Shown here one piece after another: positions 7,712 to 16,509 of a stretch of 64,000 nt of DNA. Where the stretch lies: assembly GCA_020630195.1 (NCBI GenBank), contig JAHDBV010000001.1, positions 72,314 to 136,313 on the forward strand. The letters run 5' to 3'. Under the pieces are notes generated by a model. That model ran no database searches. It was not told the DNA's origin and saw only the letters and a list, made by a program, of their open reading frames with translations. The stretch's first letter is position 1. Every line of letters starts with the position of its first letter. Origin of the DNA: Acidimicrobiales bacterium. Lineage in GTDB: Bacteria > Actinomycetota > Acidimicrobiia > Acidimicrobiales > SZUA-35. The translations under genes and the position numbers were made by a program.

Positions 7712-9550
7712 CTACCCGTCCCGGGCAGAAAGCTGCTCACCCTCATCGACGGGAGAGCCATCCACCGACCAGGTGGCGGCGGGGACGCGCGCACCCGGAA
7801 TCACGGCGGGGACGCGCTCGGATTCCACCGAGAACTCGAACGCGATCCGCTCCGAGGCCCCAGGGGCGATCTCGACCCTGGAGACGTGCACGTCCAGGAA
7901 TCCATCCGGCCCGATGACTTCGATCGTTCGCTCGCCTACGAAACCAGCGTCGACGGCGTTGGCTGGCACCGCGACGGCAAGGCGCCCGAGGTATGTACCT
8001 GCCACGGGCAAGCCGATCGCCTCCCACTCGCCGGCAACGTAGACCGGGACGGACGGGGTGGCCTCGTTGGCCAACGTGATGCCGTACCGGTAGCGGACCA
8101 GGTCCCCGACTCGTTCCGTGTCGACCTCGACGTCCACGGCGACGAACGGATCGAGCTTCGAAGCACCGAGGTTCAGCAGGAACACCCCGGTCTCGTCGGG
8201 TGCCCGACGCCCGGCGACGCCGAGGGCCTCCCAGCCGCGTTGATCCGGAGCGGACGCCGAATAGATGCGCAGGTGTCCCCCGGCGACGACCTCCCGCATG
8301 GCAGCGAGCATCTCGACCGGGTCCCAATCACTCTCGACGACCGAAGCGAGCACGTCCTCAGCGAGCAGACCGAGCCGATCACGACGGGCATCTCGCTGGT
8401 CGAGTGAGAACTCCTCGTACTGCTCGAGCAGCAGGTAGGCACCGACGGCATCACCATCGAAGACGACGCCGCCGCTCTCGATCGGGCCGGCGACCGCCAC
8501 CATCGACTGGAGCGCGACGACGTCGAGAGCGATCACGCCGTCCAACGTCCGGCCGGTGTCGGCCCGCCAGAGCTCGAGGGCCTGCGGACCGACGACCGCT
8601 GGGAAGTCGGCCGAGAGCGTGAGCTTCCGGTAGTCGTTCGCCGGGCTCAGAAAGCCCCATGTGGTCTCCAGGTCGTCGTTCACGACCTCGGCGCCGGTCA
8701 CGGGGAAGCGGAACTCGGAGGGCCCGAATTCCCGAAGCTCGACATCGCCTTCGGTGAGCTCGAGCTCGCCGACGAACAGCGGCATGCCGGATCCCATCTG
8801 CATTTCCCCGTTGTTGGCGCCCAACACCACGTACCTGCCGTCGGTGAGGAGACCATCCAGGGCAGCGAGCCCGAGCTCCGCTCGTGTCACTTCCGCCTCG
8901 AGCTCAGCGAGTTGGACGGCGAGCCGGTTTCGGCCCTCGGCGAGTTCCGGAGCCAACGCGTCGGTCGGCCCCAGGTCCACCCCGCGAACTACGCCGGCGA
9001 AGGTCGTCAACCTGTCCGAGAGCAACCGGATCGAGTCGATCGGATCACCACGATCGATTCTCGAGGGCTCCGCTGCTCGAAGGACGGGAATCGCCGCTGA
9101 AACAACGTCGTCGGCCGTTCGCACCAGCGCCTTCGCCGACCGGTACTGACGTCCGACCACCGGCAACCAGCCCAGCGGCCGGAGCGGCCGGCGGTCGAGC
9201 GCAGCTCGAGCGTTGGCCAGCCGATCCTGCGAACCGGTGAGATCGCTCAGGAGCTGGTCCACATCGGCGGCCAAGAGATCATCGGACTCGGCCACGCTCG
9301 TGAGGGCGGCCTCGGCTTCCTCGAGGTCGGAGCGGACCCCGACAAGGGTCGACACAACCAGAATCGCCCAGATGGCGAGACCCGCCAAAAACCAGAGCAT
9401 GACGCGCACACCGACTACCGTAAGCCGGGGGATCGCTCGGATGGTTGACCCCGTCAGATTGCTCAGGCTTCCGGGCGCCGTTCCGGACAGACTGGCAGCA
9501 GCGGCGTCCCTGGGAGACCCTTTGCCGACGAGCACACTGTTGCTATCCAC
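7712..9550 (-). CDS. Membrane-anchored DUF4012-like protein
   Basis: N-terminal TM anchor MLWFLAGLAIWAILVVSTLVGV followed by a large extracytoplasmic region. The motif YVVLGANNGEMQMGSG resembles the GANNAEMR motif I associate with DUF4012 proteins in actinobacterial EPS loci. The start is uncertain between GTG 9550 and ATG 9400; GC3 in 9400-9550 is only about 70%. Confidence 0.5.
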   Translation of the reverse strand: MDSNSVLVGKGSPRDAAAASLSGTAPGSLSNLTGSTIRAIPRLTVVGVRVMLWFLAGLAIWAILVVSTLVGVRSDLEEAEAALTSVAESDDLLAADVDQLLSDLTGSQDRLANARAALDRRPLRPLGWLPVVGRQYRSAKALVRTADDVVSAAIPVLRAAEPSRIDRGDPIDSIRLLSDRLTTFAGVVRGVDLGPTDALAPELAEGRNRLAVQLAELEAEVTRAELGLAALDGLLTDGRYVVLGANNGEMQMGSGMPLFVGELELTEGDVELREFGPSEFRFPVTGAEVVNDDLETTWGFLSPANDYRKLTLSADFPAVVGPQALELWRADTGRTLDGVIALDVVALQSMVAVAGPIESGGVVFDGDAVGAYLLLEQYEEFSLDQRDARRDRLGLLAEDVLASVVESDWDPVEMLAAMREVVAGGHLRIYSASAPDQRGWEALGVAGRRAPDETGVFLLNLGASKLDPFVAVDVEVDTERVGDLVRYRYGITLANEATPSVPVYVAGEWEAIGLPVAGTYLGRLAVAVPANAVDAGFVGERTIEVIGPDGFLDVHVSRVEIAPGASERIAFEFSVESERVPAVIPGARVPAATWSVDGSPVDEGEQLSARDG

Positions 9551-9557
9551 GAGAAAC

Positions 9558-10589
9558 GTGCTTCGTCACCCGGCGTACTCGTCGTGGTTCTGCGCGGAGG
9601 ATCTCGCTGGCGAGCTGCTCGACGCGCGGATCCAGCCAGTGCAGCGCTTCCACGGAGATCGCCGGTTCGACCTCCGTCGCCATCTTCCCGGGAACCACTC
9701 ATCGCCGCGCAGCTCAGTCGACGGCGAGGACGTCGACCTGGCGATCTTCATCACCTCGGGCCCCTTCGACATGGCCGCGCTGCGCGAGTTGCGATTGAGT
9801 CCCGCGACACGAATCGTCACCTGGGTTGTCGAGACATGGCCGGGTCAGCTCCAGCGGCGCGGATTCGACGCCGAGAGCTTCCGCGGGGTCGATGCCGTCT
9901 ACGCCATCGGCACCGACGTCGCGCATGTGCTCGGCCGGGCGATCGGGCGACCGGTGGGTGTCCTGCCGCCGGCCGTCGATGTGCTGGCGTTCCGGGCACT
10001 CGCTCAGCTCGATCGTCCCGTGCTGGCGATGAACCCCGGGCGTCGAGACCCCCGCCAACACGCAGCGCTCCGGAGCGCCGCGGCCAGCAGAGGCGACGCC
10101 TACATCTACGACACGATGACGGCCGGCACGGTGGCGGACCACCAGGAACACCGCCATGCATACCGGGCGATGGCCGGGCTCTCCCGGCTGGTCGTGTCGA
10201 ACTTCGGCCGTTTCGACGAACCGGAGATGATCGGGAACGTGCGAGTCTTCGGCACGAGGATCTTCGAAGCGTGCGCCGCCGGTGCGCTCCCGGTGGGGAC
10301 GTTCCCGAGCGAGGGCGAGTTCGAGATCGTCGGCCTGAGCGGGTGCCGTCGGGCGAAGCTGGCGTTCGATGCCACCGACGAGGACGTCCGACGAATCGTC
10401 GAGGGAAGCGACGCACTCGAGGTCCGCGAGAGCAATCTCCGCGTTGCCGCGATCTCGGCCGACTGGGCCCATCGCTTCGCTCGTATCCTCCGAGACCTCG
10501 ATCTGGAGCCATCGCCCGCTCTCCTCGATCGCCTTGCGGTTCTCGACCGCCTCGCATCCGCACCAACCCGCCAACGCAGGAGCGCGTGA
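9558..10589 (+). CDS. Hypothetical cytoplasmic protein, possibly a GT-B/CgeB-like glycosyltransferase-related fold
   Basis: Part of ORF 9213..10589, and coding-like third-position GC appears from about 9558. There is no TM segment or signal peptide. The C-terminal RIFEACAAGALPVG resembles the conserved helix of group-1-like glycosyltransferases. The start is uncertain (ATG 9441 or GTG 9558). Confidence 0.4.
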   Translation: MLRHPAYSSWFCAEDLAGELLDARIQPVQRFHGDRRFDLRRHLPGNHSSPRSSVDGEDVDLAIFITSGPFDMAALRELRLSPATRIVTWVVETWPGQLQRRGFDAESFRGVDAVYAIGTDVAHVLGRAIGRPVGVLPPAVDVLAFRALAQLDRPVLAMNPGRRDPRQHAALRSAAASRGDAYIYDTMTAGTVADHQEHRHAYRAMAGLSRLVVSNFGRFDEPEMIGNVRVFGTRIFEACAAGALPVGTFPSEGEFEIVGLSGCRRAKLAFDATDEDVRRIVEGSDALEVRESNLRVAAISADWAHRFARILRDLDLEPSPALLDRLAVLDRLASAPTRQRRSA

Positions 10590-10596
10590 GCTACCG

Positions 10597-12240
10597 ATGA
10601 TGTACGAGCAAGTGGACAACGCCTCACAGACCGCGCGCCTTGAGGACTACCTCGAGGCGATCAAGTCGCACCGATTGCTCGTGGCCATCACGACGATCGT
10701 TGTCGCTCTCGCCATCTGGTGGGTTGCCGACTCCAGAGTTCCGAACTTCGAGAGTGAGGCGGCGGTGTCGCTCGGCCCGTCCCCGATCGGCGCGGTGAAC
10801 AGCAACCTGCGCGCTCCGAGCGAGGAGCGGGAGTCGGAGATCGTCGCGTCGCGGGATGTCGCCACCGAGGTCTCCCGTCGGGTCGCGGATGCGCCCGAGC
10901 CAGCGACCTTGCTCGAGGACCTCGAAGTCGAGTTCGTCCCCAACTCCGAGGTCCTCATCGTGACCTACTCGGGCACCGATGCAGACACCGTGTCGATGGT
11001 GGCCAACACGGTCGCCGAGGTGTACGTGGAACGACGCGAGGCAGAGGCCCTCGACTTCTACGAGGCCGATGTCGCAACGGTCCAGGCGCAGCTCGACAGC
11101 GCCCGGGCAGCGGTGGACGCTGCCCAGGAGCGGACCGACGAACTCGGCGCTCAGCGCCGAATCGCCCTGACCGAGCAGGATCCGGAGATCCGTACGGCGA
11201 GGGTTGCCGATCTCGATGCGGAGCTCTCCGTCGTGAGGAGCGAGCGCCAGCTCGCGATCAATGCTGCGAATACCGCGTCGAACAATCTCAACTCGGCTGT
11301 CCGGAGGTTGGAGACACGCCAGTCGTCCGCTGACGTCATCCGCTTGAGCGAGCCGTCCACGTCTGCCACCGGTCTTCCGACGTCCATGTTCGCCCTCGCC
11401 GGCGTACTTCTGGGCTTCCTGGCCGGAACGGCGCTGGCGTTCCTGATCGAACGTCTGGATACGACGGCCAGCGACACCCGAGCTCTGCAGCTCGCACTGG
11501 GTGCCTCGGTCGTGGGCGAGATTCCGGCTTTCGGCGGGCTCGGTCAGCGTCGACAGGACCTGATCATGCTGTCGGAGCGTGGAGGCGTCGTCGCCCACAG
11601 CACGAAGGAGGCGTTCCGTCGTCTGCGTTCCGCCGTGCAGTTCCTGGCGCCGACGGCCGGCGAGAACGACTCTCTGGTGATCGCCATCAGCAGCGCACAT
11701 CCCGGCGAGGGCAAGAGCACCGTGTCGAGCAATCTGGCGATCGCCATCGCCCAGGGCGGCACCCGGGTCGTACTGGTGTCGGCGGACATGCGGAGACCGA
11801 CGTTGGAGCGGATGTTCGGGGTCGCAACCCAGCCGGGCCTGTCCGATGCGCTCGCCCACAACGTCGAGACGCTCGAGGTGGTGAACACTCCGGTCGAGAA
11901 TCTGTTCATCGTGCCCTCGGGAACGACGCCGTCGAATCCGTCCGAGCTTCTCGGATCGCCGTCGTTCGCTGCCACCGTCGAGCAGCTGCGTGAAGCGGCG
12001 CCGATCGTCATCGTCGACACACCACCGGTCCTCGCGACCTCCGATGCCCTGTCGCTCTCTCCCCACACCGACGGCTTCCTGATCGTCGTGGACTCCCGTG
12101 CCACCGACACGGACGATCTGCTCCAGGTCGCTGCCGAGCTCGACCGATCGGGGTCCCGCCTCCTCGGAGGTGTCCTCAACCGTGACCGGCGAAAGCGCGG
12201 CACGTTCAGGAAGCGATCTCGGTACTCCTACGCGCAATGA
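10597..12240 (+). CDS. Wzz-type chain-length determinant fused to BY-family tyrosine autokinase (copy 1)
   Basis: ATG 10597 lies inside ORF 10369..12240. It has an N-terminal TM (LLVAITTIVVALAIWWV), a long coiled-coil ectodomain and a second TM. The kinase part carries Walker A SSAHPGEGKST, Walker A' VVLVSADMRRP and Walker B IVIVDTPP. The basic tail ends RYSYAQ. Confidence 0.85.
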   Translation: MMYEQVDNASQTARLEDYLEAIKSHRLLVAITTIVVALAIWWVADSRVPNFESEAAVSLGPSPIGAVNSNLRAPSEERESEIVASRDVATEVSRRVADAPEPATLLEDLEVEFVPNSEVLIVTYSGTDADTVSMVANTVAEVYVERREAEALDFYEADVATVQAQLDSARAAVDAAQERTDELGAQRRIALTEQDPEIRTARVADLDAELSVVRSERQLAINAANTASNNLNSAVRRLETRQSSADVIRLSEPSTSATGLPTSMFALAGVLLGFLAGTALAFLIERLDTTASDTRALQLALGASVVGEIPAFGGLGQRRQDLIMLSERGGVVAHSTKEAFRRLRSAVQFLAPTAGENDSLVIAISSAHPGEGKSTVSSNLAIAIAQGGTRVVLVSADMRRPTLERMFGVATQPGLSDALAHNVETLEVVNTPVENLFIVPSGTTPSNPSELLGSPSFAATVEQLREAAPIVIVDTPPVLATSDALSLSPHTDGFLIVVDSRATDTDDLLQVAAELDRSGSRLLGGVLNRDRRKRGTFRKRSRYSYAQ

Positions 12241-13604
12241 CCGCTCCCGTTCGCATCTCCGAACGCCCGAGCCGGGTGATCCGGCAAGCCCCCGGCTGGG
12301 TCGAACGGGCGATCTTCAGCGTGGTCATGTTCGTCTTGCTCTTCGGCACCCCGGCCGACTGGTTCACCGAGAACACGGGCTCGGCGTCCGGCCCTGCCAG
12401 CAACCCACTTCTCGTGGCCACGATGGTCGTCGGTGCGGCGGTGCTCTCGCTCGGACTGATCGGCAACGGTGAGGCGGTCCGCAGAACCCTCACGCTCGAG
12501 CCGCTTCTCCCACTCCTCGTGCTGTGGATCGGCTTTTCGTTTCTCTGGAGCCCCGCTCCGTTCGTCTCCATCGCCGAGATCGTGAAGTTCGGTTCCCTCG
12601 CGATCATCGCGTTGTCCGTGATGATCCGATTCCGGTTCCGGGAGATCCTCGGGATCCTCGCCATCGTCGTGTCGATCGGGCTCCTCCTCGACCTGGCGTT
12701 CGTTGTCGCGATGGGCAGCTTGGGCCGCTCCAGCGCCGGCTGGGACGGACTCTCGACGCAGAAGAACGGCCTCGGCACGCATGCGGTGCAGTCGCTTCCG
12801 ATCCTGTTGATCGGCACGCGCACGTTCGCTCATCGCCGATTCACCCTGTATTCGATGACTGCGGTCGCTGTCGTGCTGCTCGTCGGTTCGCAGTCGAAGA
12901 CCTCATTGGCCGCCGGGGCCCTGACAGCGCTCTCCGCTGTCGTCTTCGTCGCCTTCCGAGCCCGCAAGACGTTGTACGGGGCGGTGGTCATCGCGCTCGG
13001 CACCACCTCGATCGCAGCTCTGGCTTTCGCCACGGCGAACATCTCGCTGCTCGCCGGCTACCTCGAGAAGGACGCCACGCTCACCGGCCGAACCGAGATG
13101 TGGCCGATCGTGTTCGGCCATGCCGAAACTCGCTTGCTCACCGGATACGGCTATGGCGGCTACTGGAACGGCTTCTTCAGCGCCGCCCATGACGTGTGGA
13201 TCTACGCGGCCTGGCGGCCGACGCACGCGCACAATGCCGGACTCCAGGTCCTGGTCGAACTCGGGGTGGTCGGACTCCTGCTCTACGGGGCGATCACCGT
13301 GCGAGGCCTGATGAACGCGACCCTGCGGATTCGATTCGTGCCCGGCCCGCTCGCGCTCTTCCCGTTGGTCTGGCTCACACTGGTGCTGATGGCCTCGATC
13401 ACCGAGTCCGGCCCGATGGAGCAGCGCTTCGGCCTGATCATGTTCATGCTCGTCACGATGACAGCAGCGACCGGTCTCGAAGCATTCGACGGGAACACGC
13501 CGCACCCAGGCCGAGGGACAGCCCGAACTCGCACGCCATCGTCGACCACGCCGCAGCGACCCAATCGTGCTCCGGCACATACCGGAGATTCGCCGCGAGA
13601 TTGA
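12237..13604 (+). CDS. O-antigen ligase/Wzy_C-family polytopic membrane protein (probable repeat-unit polymerase), copy 1
   Basis: ATG 12237 overlaps the previous stop (ATGA). It has many TM helices, and GSQSKTSL and THAHNAGLQVLVELGVVGLLLYG are typical of the Wzy_C family. The last roughly 45 aa are P/R/T-rich and overlap the convergent gene. Confidence 0.65.
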   Translation: MTAPVRISERPSRVIRQAPGWVERAIFSVVMFVLLFGTPADWFTENTGSASGPASNPLLVATMVVGAAVLSLGLIGNGEAVRRTLTLEPLLPLLVLWIGFSFLWSPAPFVSIAEIVKFGSLAIIALSVMIRFRFREILGILAIVVSIGLLLDLAFVVAMGSLGRSSAGWDGLSTQKNGLGTHAVQSLPILLIGTRTFAHRRFTLYSMTAVAVVLLVGSQSKTSLAAGALTALSAVVFVAFRARKTLYGAVVIALGTTSIAALAFATANISLLAGYLEKDATLTGRTEMWPIVFGHAETRLLTGYGYGGYWNGFFSAAHDVWIYAAWRPTHAHNAGLQVLVELGVVGLLLYGAITVRGLMNATLRIRFVPGPLALFPLVWLTLVLMASITESGPMEQRFGLIMFMLVTMTAATGLEAFDGNTPHPGRGTARTRTPSSTTPQRPNRAPAHTGDSPRD

Positions 13605-14682
13605 CGAGTGCAAAGCCTGCGGTCAGGGCCACTCGCCGGGGCTGCTTTCCCGACGCACTCAACAAATTCCCCAGTGGGAACTGAACGGCCTTGATCAGCG
13701 GAAGCCAGGCCAGCGCACGTACGACATCACCGGTGGATCCGTAGCTCGCCGGCAGGAACGTGTCGATGGCCACCGGACCGAGGGCGAAGAGCACCACTCC
13801 GACAGCGGCCGACGCCACGAGACCCTGTCGGATCACGTCGGTCGCCACCTCGCGGCCCTTGTCGGGCGAGGCGGTTGCGGCGTCGACGGCACGGCGGTCC
13901 TGGGCCCGGATCACCGCCATGAGCGGCACGAACCCGAGCGTCACGATCCGATAGCCGGCGGCGTAGAAGCCCGCTTCCTCGGCAAAGCCCGAACGGAGCA
14001 GAACAGGCCGGTCCGAGGCTGCCAGGAACCCTTCCGTGGACGTGCCCACTGCGTAGGGCAGCCCCTCCAACACGCGCCGGAAGGATGTCCAGCGTAGACC
14101 GATAGCGGTCGATGTCCGGAGCGTCGACACCATCGTCGTCACCAACGCCGACGCTGCGGTGCTCGCAGCGAGAACGTACCCCCAGGAGCGGATGTCGACC
14201 GTGTCCATCAGGAGGACGACGAGAAGCGCCGAGAGTCGCACGACGCTGCCGGCGATCCGACTCTCGGCCGCCGTGCGCAGATCGGCGAGGCAGACAGAGT
14301 GATGGATCGCCAGTTCCGCGATCGTCAGGAAGATGAGCTGTGAACCCAGGATGAGACCGACCGCCACCCGATCGATGTCTCCCAGCAGCAAGGGAGCCAA
14401 CACCACGAGCGCTGCCGTGCTGATCAACGACGTCACGGCGACGGTCCCGAAGGCCCGGGCGAGTGCGAGATCCGGAGCCATGCCCTGGGAGATCGAACGG
14501 AGCATCAACCAGCCCGTTCCTGCCTTGGCGAACGGGGCGACGATCTGCCCGACGGCGAGGATCGCGCCGAGAACGCCGTACACCGCCGGCTCCATGACGA
14601 GCGTCAGCCCGAGGAAGAGCGCAGCGCTTGCACCGAGCCCGACGACCTCGTTGACGAATGACCAACCGAATGCACGCCTCAT
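13453..14682 (-). CDS. Wzx/MOP-superfamily-like polysaccharide flippase (copy 1)
   Basis: A 409-aa polytopic membrane protein. Its ATG overlaps the stop of the upstream heparinase-like gene (ATGA). General resemblance to polysaccharide biosynthesis (Wzx) proteins; no sharp motif. Confidence 0.55.
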   Translation of the reverse strand: MRRAFGWSFVNEVVGLGASAALFLGLTLVMEPAVYGVLGAILAVGQIVAPFAKAGTGWLMLRSISQGMAPDLALARAFGTVAVTSLISTAALVVLAPLLLGDIDRVAVGLILGSQLIFLTIAELAIHHSVCLADLRTAAESRIAGSVVRLSALLVVLLMDTVDIRSWGYVLAASTAASALVTTMVSTLRTSTAIGLRWTSFRRVLEGLPYAVGTSTEGFLAASDRPVLLRSGFAEEAGFYAAGYRIVTLGFVPLMAVIRAQDRRAVDAATASPDKGREVATDVIRQGLVASAAVGVVLFALGPVAIDTFLPASYGSTGDVVRALAWLPLIKAVQFPLGNLLSASGKQPRRVALTAGFALVNLAANLRYVPEHDWVAAAWSTMACEFGLSLGLGAACSRRMLRDRSLLSS

Positions 14683-16487
14683 GCGGGCTCCTCGAATTCG
14701 AACGTGTGCACGAAGCGGTCACCCGGGGCCACGCTGCAGCGCAACTCGATCAGGCTCGTCGGTTCGACGGAGCCGTACGACGGCGAGTAACCGCTCGGAT
14801 GGATGCCGGGCTCGAGCCGGTCGTCGATGTGCAGCACGGCCCGACCTCCACTCCATTCCAGGATGATCCCCCGCCGAGGAGCGATCTCGGCGGTCACCTG
14901 CGGCGCGAGTGGGAACCGAGCGACGTACTCGCCGGTTTCGCCTCCAATCGCGAGGTCCTCGATTTCCACTCGTCGGTCGTCCACCCGCACGGTTCGGCCG
15001 ATGCTGCGCCCGCCGCCGTCGGCGCGAGCCGACGCGAGGACGAGGCGTCCCGTTCGGTCGGTCTTCGCCTCGACCAGCCGGGTGGAGGGCGGATCCGTGA
15101 GCATGAAGGTACCTCGCACTCGCGAGCGCGGGTCGCCGCCGATCGCGAACGTCCCATGGGCCTCGAGTGCCCGAAAACGATCGCGTTGTGAGACGTCCTC
15201 GCCGTACGACGGCGAGCCGGGGTCGGTGACGATCCGCTGTCCACGGAACGACAGGTCGATCGACAGCCGGTCGTCGTGAGCGTGGGCGAACGAGGGCGCG
15301 AGCCCGTGAGGGCCGACGTCGAAGCGGACCCAGATCCCGGGGGCCGAGCGAAAGACGAGCTGGCCGGCGTCGAGTACGCCGCTCCTCCTCCGGTGCGACC
15401 GATCGTCGAGGGTCGTGAGGGGGCGGGCACCCATGACGTGCCCGACCAACCGCGACGTCGCTGAATCGACGACCGCCCCCGGGTACCACTGCCGTTCCCC
15501 AGTCAGGACCCGGCCGACGGTCAGCACGTTGTCCCACGTTCCGTCGTGCTCGTCGAGGCGGAGCCCGACAGCACCGTCGCCGTCGCCTTGCTGTACCGCA
15601 TGCGCCGGATCGTCGAGTATCGCCGCAGCGGCATCGATCTGGCGCACGATCAGTGCGGCGAGCGCTTCCTGGCCACCGGGATCCCGCTCGAACAGCCACG
15701 CGCAGATCGACAGTTCGATGACGAAGCGGTGGTAGGGCATCGCCTGTTCACGTCCCAGGCCGCTGTCGAACGTCAACGCCCCGAGCACCTCGGCGAGGGG
15801 CCGCCAGGCCGACTCGCCGAGGAACGCCGAGAGTCCGACCGAACGGCCGGCGAGCTCAGCCACTCGGTGGTTGTTGACCGAAGCCCCCCGGCTCGGGAAG
15901 CGTTCGAGGAACTGCAGGTGATCCGCGACGGACCGAGCCGTGTCGGCCTCGTCGAACAACGCGTCGACGTCGGCGTCGCCGGCCATGAACTCGCGAACGA
16001 TCGCCCAACTCATGAGCCGGATCCCGACCTCGATACCGCTCGTCCAATGCGGCCCGTCGAGCGACGGATTCGCAGCGATCCAAGTCCGCATCCGATCCGC
16101 GACCAGCTTCCCGTCACCGCCGTGGGGGCTCGCGCCGGCTGCCAGCACGGTCAGGTGCTGATGACGCGAAGGCTCCCACAAGTGCTTCAGCGACACTGGG
16201 CCGCCGGCAGCTCCCGTCGACCGCTGGTCCGACCGGAGATCGGCTCCGGCCCCGACGTCGAAGACCACACCGAGGGCCGGGTAGCGGCCACCCCGGATGT
16301 CATCGCGGAGTCGGGAGACCGGTGGAGGTCGTTCGCCGCGACCGACGATCCTCTGCGGCGAGGCGAGCGACGGCGGGTGCTCGGCCGGCCGCCAACGTCG
16401 GCGGGCGGCGACGGCGGCGGCATGGCCCACCAATTCGTTCGGAGACGCAACCAACACTCGTTCGATACGGGACCGAAGGCTTGCCAC
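14679..16487 (-). CDS. Heparinase II/III-like family protein (cytoplasmic; lyase or epimerase-like)
   Basis: 602 aa with no signal peptide; the N-terminus is MASLRSRIERVLVASPNELVGH. LKHLWEPSRHQHL resembles the conserved W-E-x-x-R-x-Q-x-L of the N-terminal alpha-toroid domain, and the C-terminal beta-rich part (LSIDLSFRGQRIVTDPGSPSYG) is typical of Hepar_II_III. Confidence 0.6.
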   Translation of the reverse strand: MASLRSRIERVLVASPNELVGHAAAVAARRRWRPAEHPPSLASPQRIVGRGERPPPVSRLRDDIRGGRYPALGVVFDVGAGADLRSDQRSTGAAGGPVSLKHLWEPSRHQHLTVLAAGASPHGGDGKLVADRMRTWIAANPSLDGPHWTSGIEVGIRLMSWAIVREFMAGDADVDALFDEADTARSVADHLQFLERFPSRGASVNNHRVAELAGRSVGLSAFLGESAWRPLAEVLGALTFDSGLGREQAMPYHRFVIELSICAWLFERDPGGQEALAALIVRQIDAAAAILDDPAHAVQQGDGDGAVGLRLDEHDGTWDNVLTVGRVLTGERQWYPGAVVDSATSRLVGHVMGARPLTTLDDRSHRRRSGVLDAGQLVFRSAPGIWVRFDVGPHGLAPSFAHAHDDRLSIDLSFRGQRIVTDPGSPSYGEDVSQRDRFRALEAHGTFAIGGDPRSRVRGTFMLTDPPSTRLVEAKTDRTGRLVLASARADGGGRSIGRTVRVDDRRVEIEDLAIGGETGEYVARFPLAPQVTAEIAPRRGIILEWSGGRAVLHIDDRLEPGIHPSGYSPSYGSVEPTSLIELRCSVAPGDRFVHTFEFEEPA

Positions 16488-16509
16488 CGGGCAAGGTTAG
16501 GGTGCCGGC

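Noticed and set aside
10624-12237. A 537-aa - strand ORF antisense to BY-kinase 1. Similar long antisense ORFs occur at 182-1708, 22005-23108, 23057-24364, 37624-38607, 38689-39639, 42511-43734, 46172-47479, 53735-54793, 58298-59281, 59918-60994, 61525-62376 and 62503-63444.
   Set aside because: Each fully overlaps a gene with strong family motifs on the other strand. All have low-complexity Arg/Gly/Asp-rich translations and none shows a recognisable domain.
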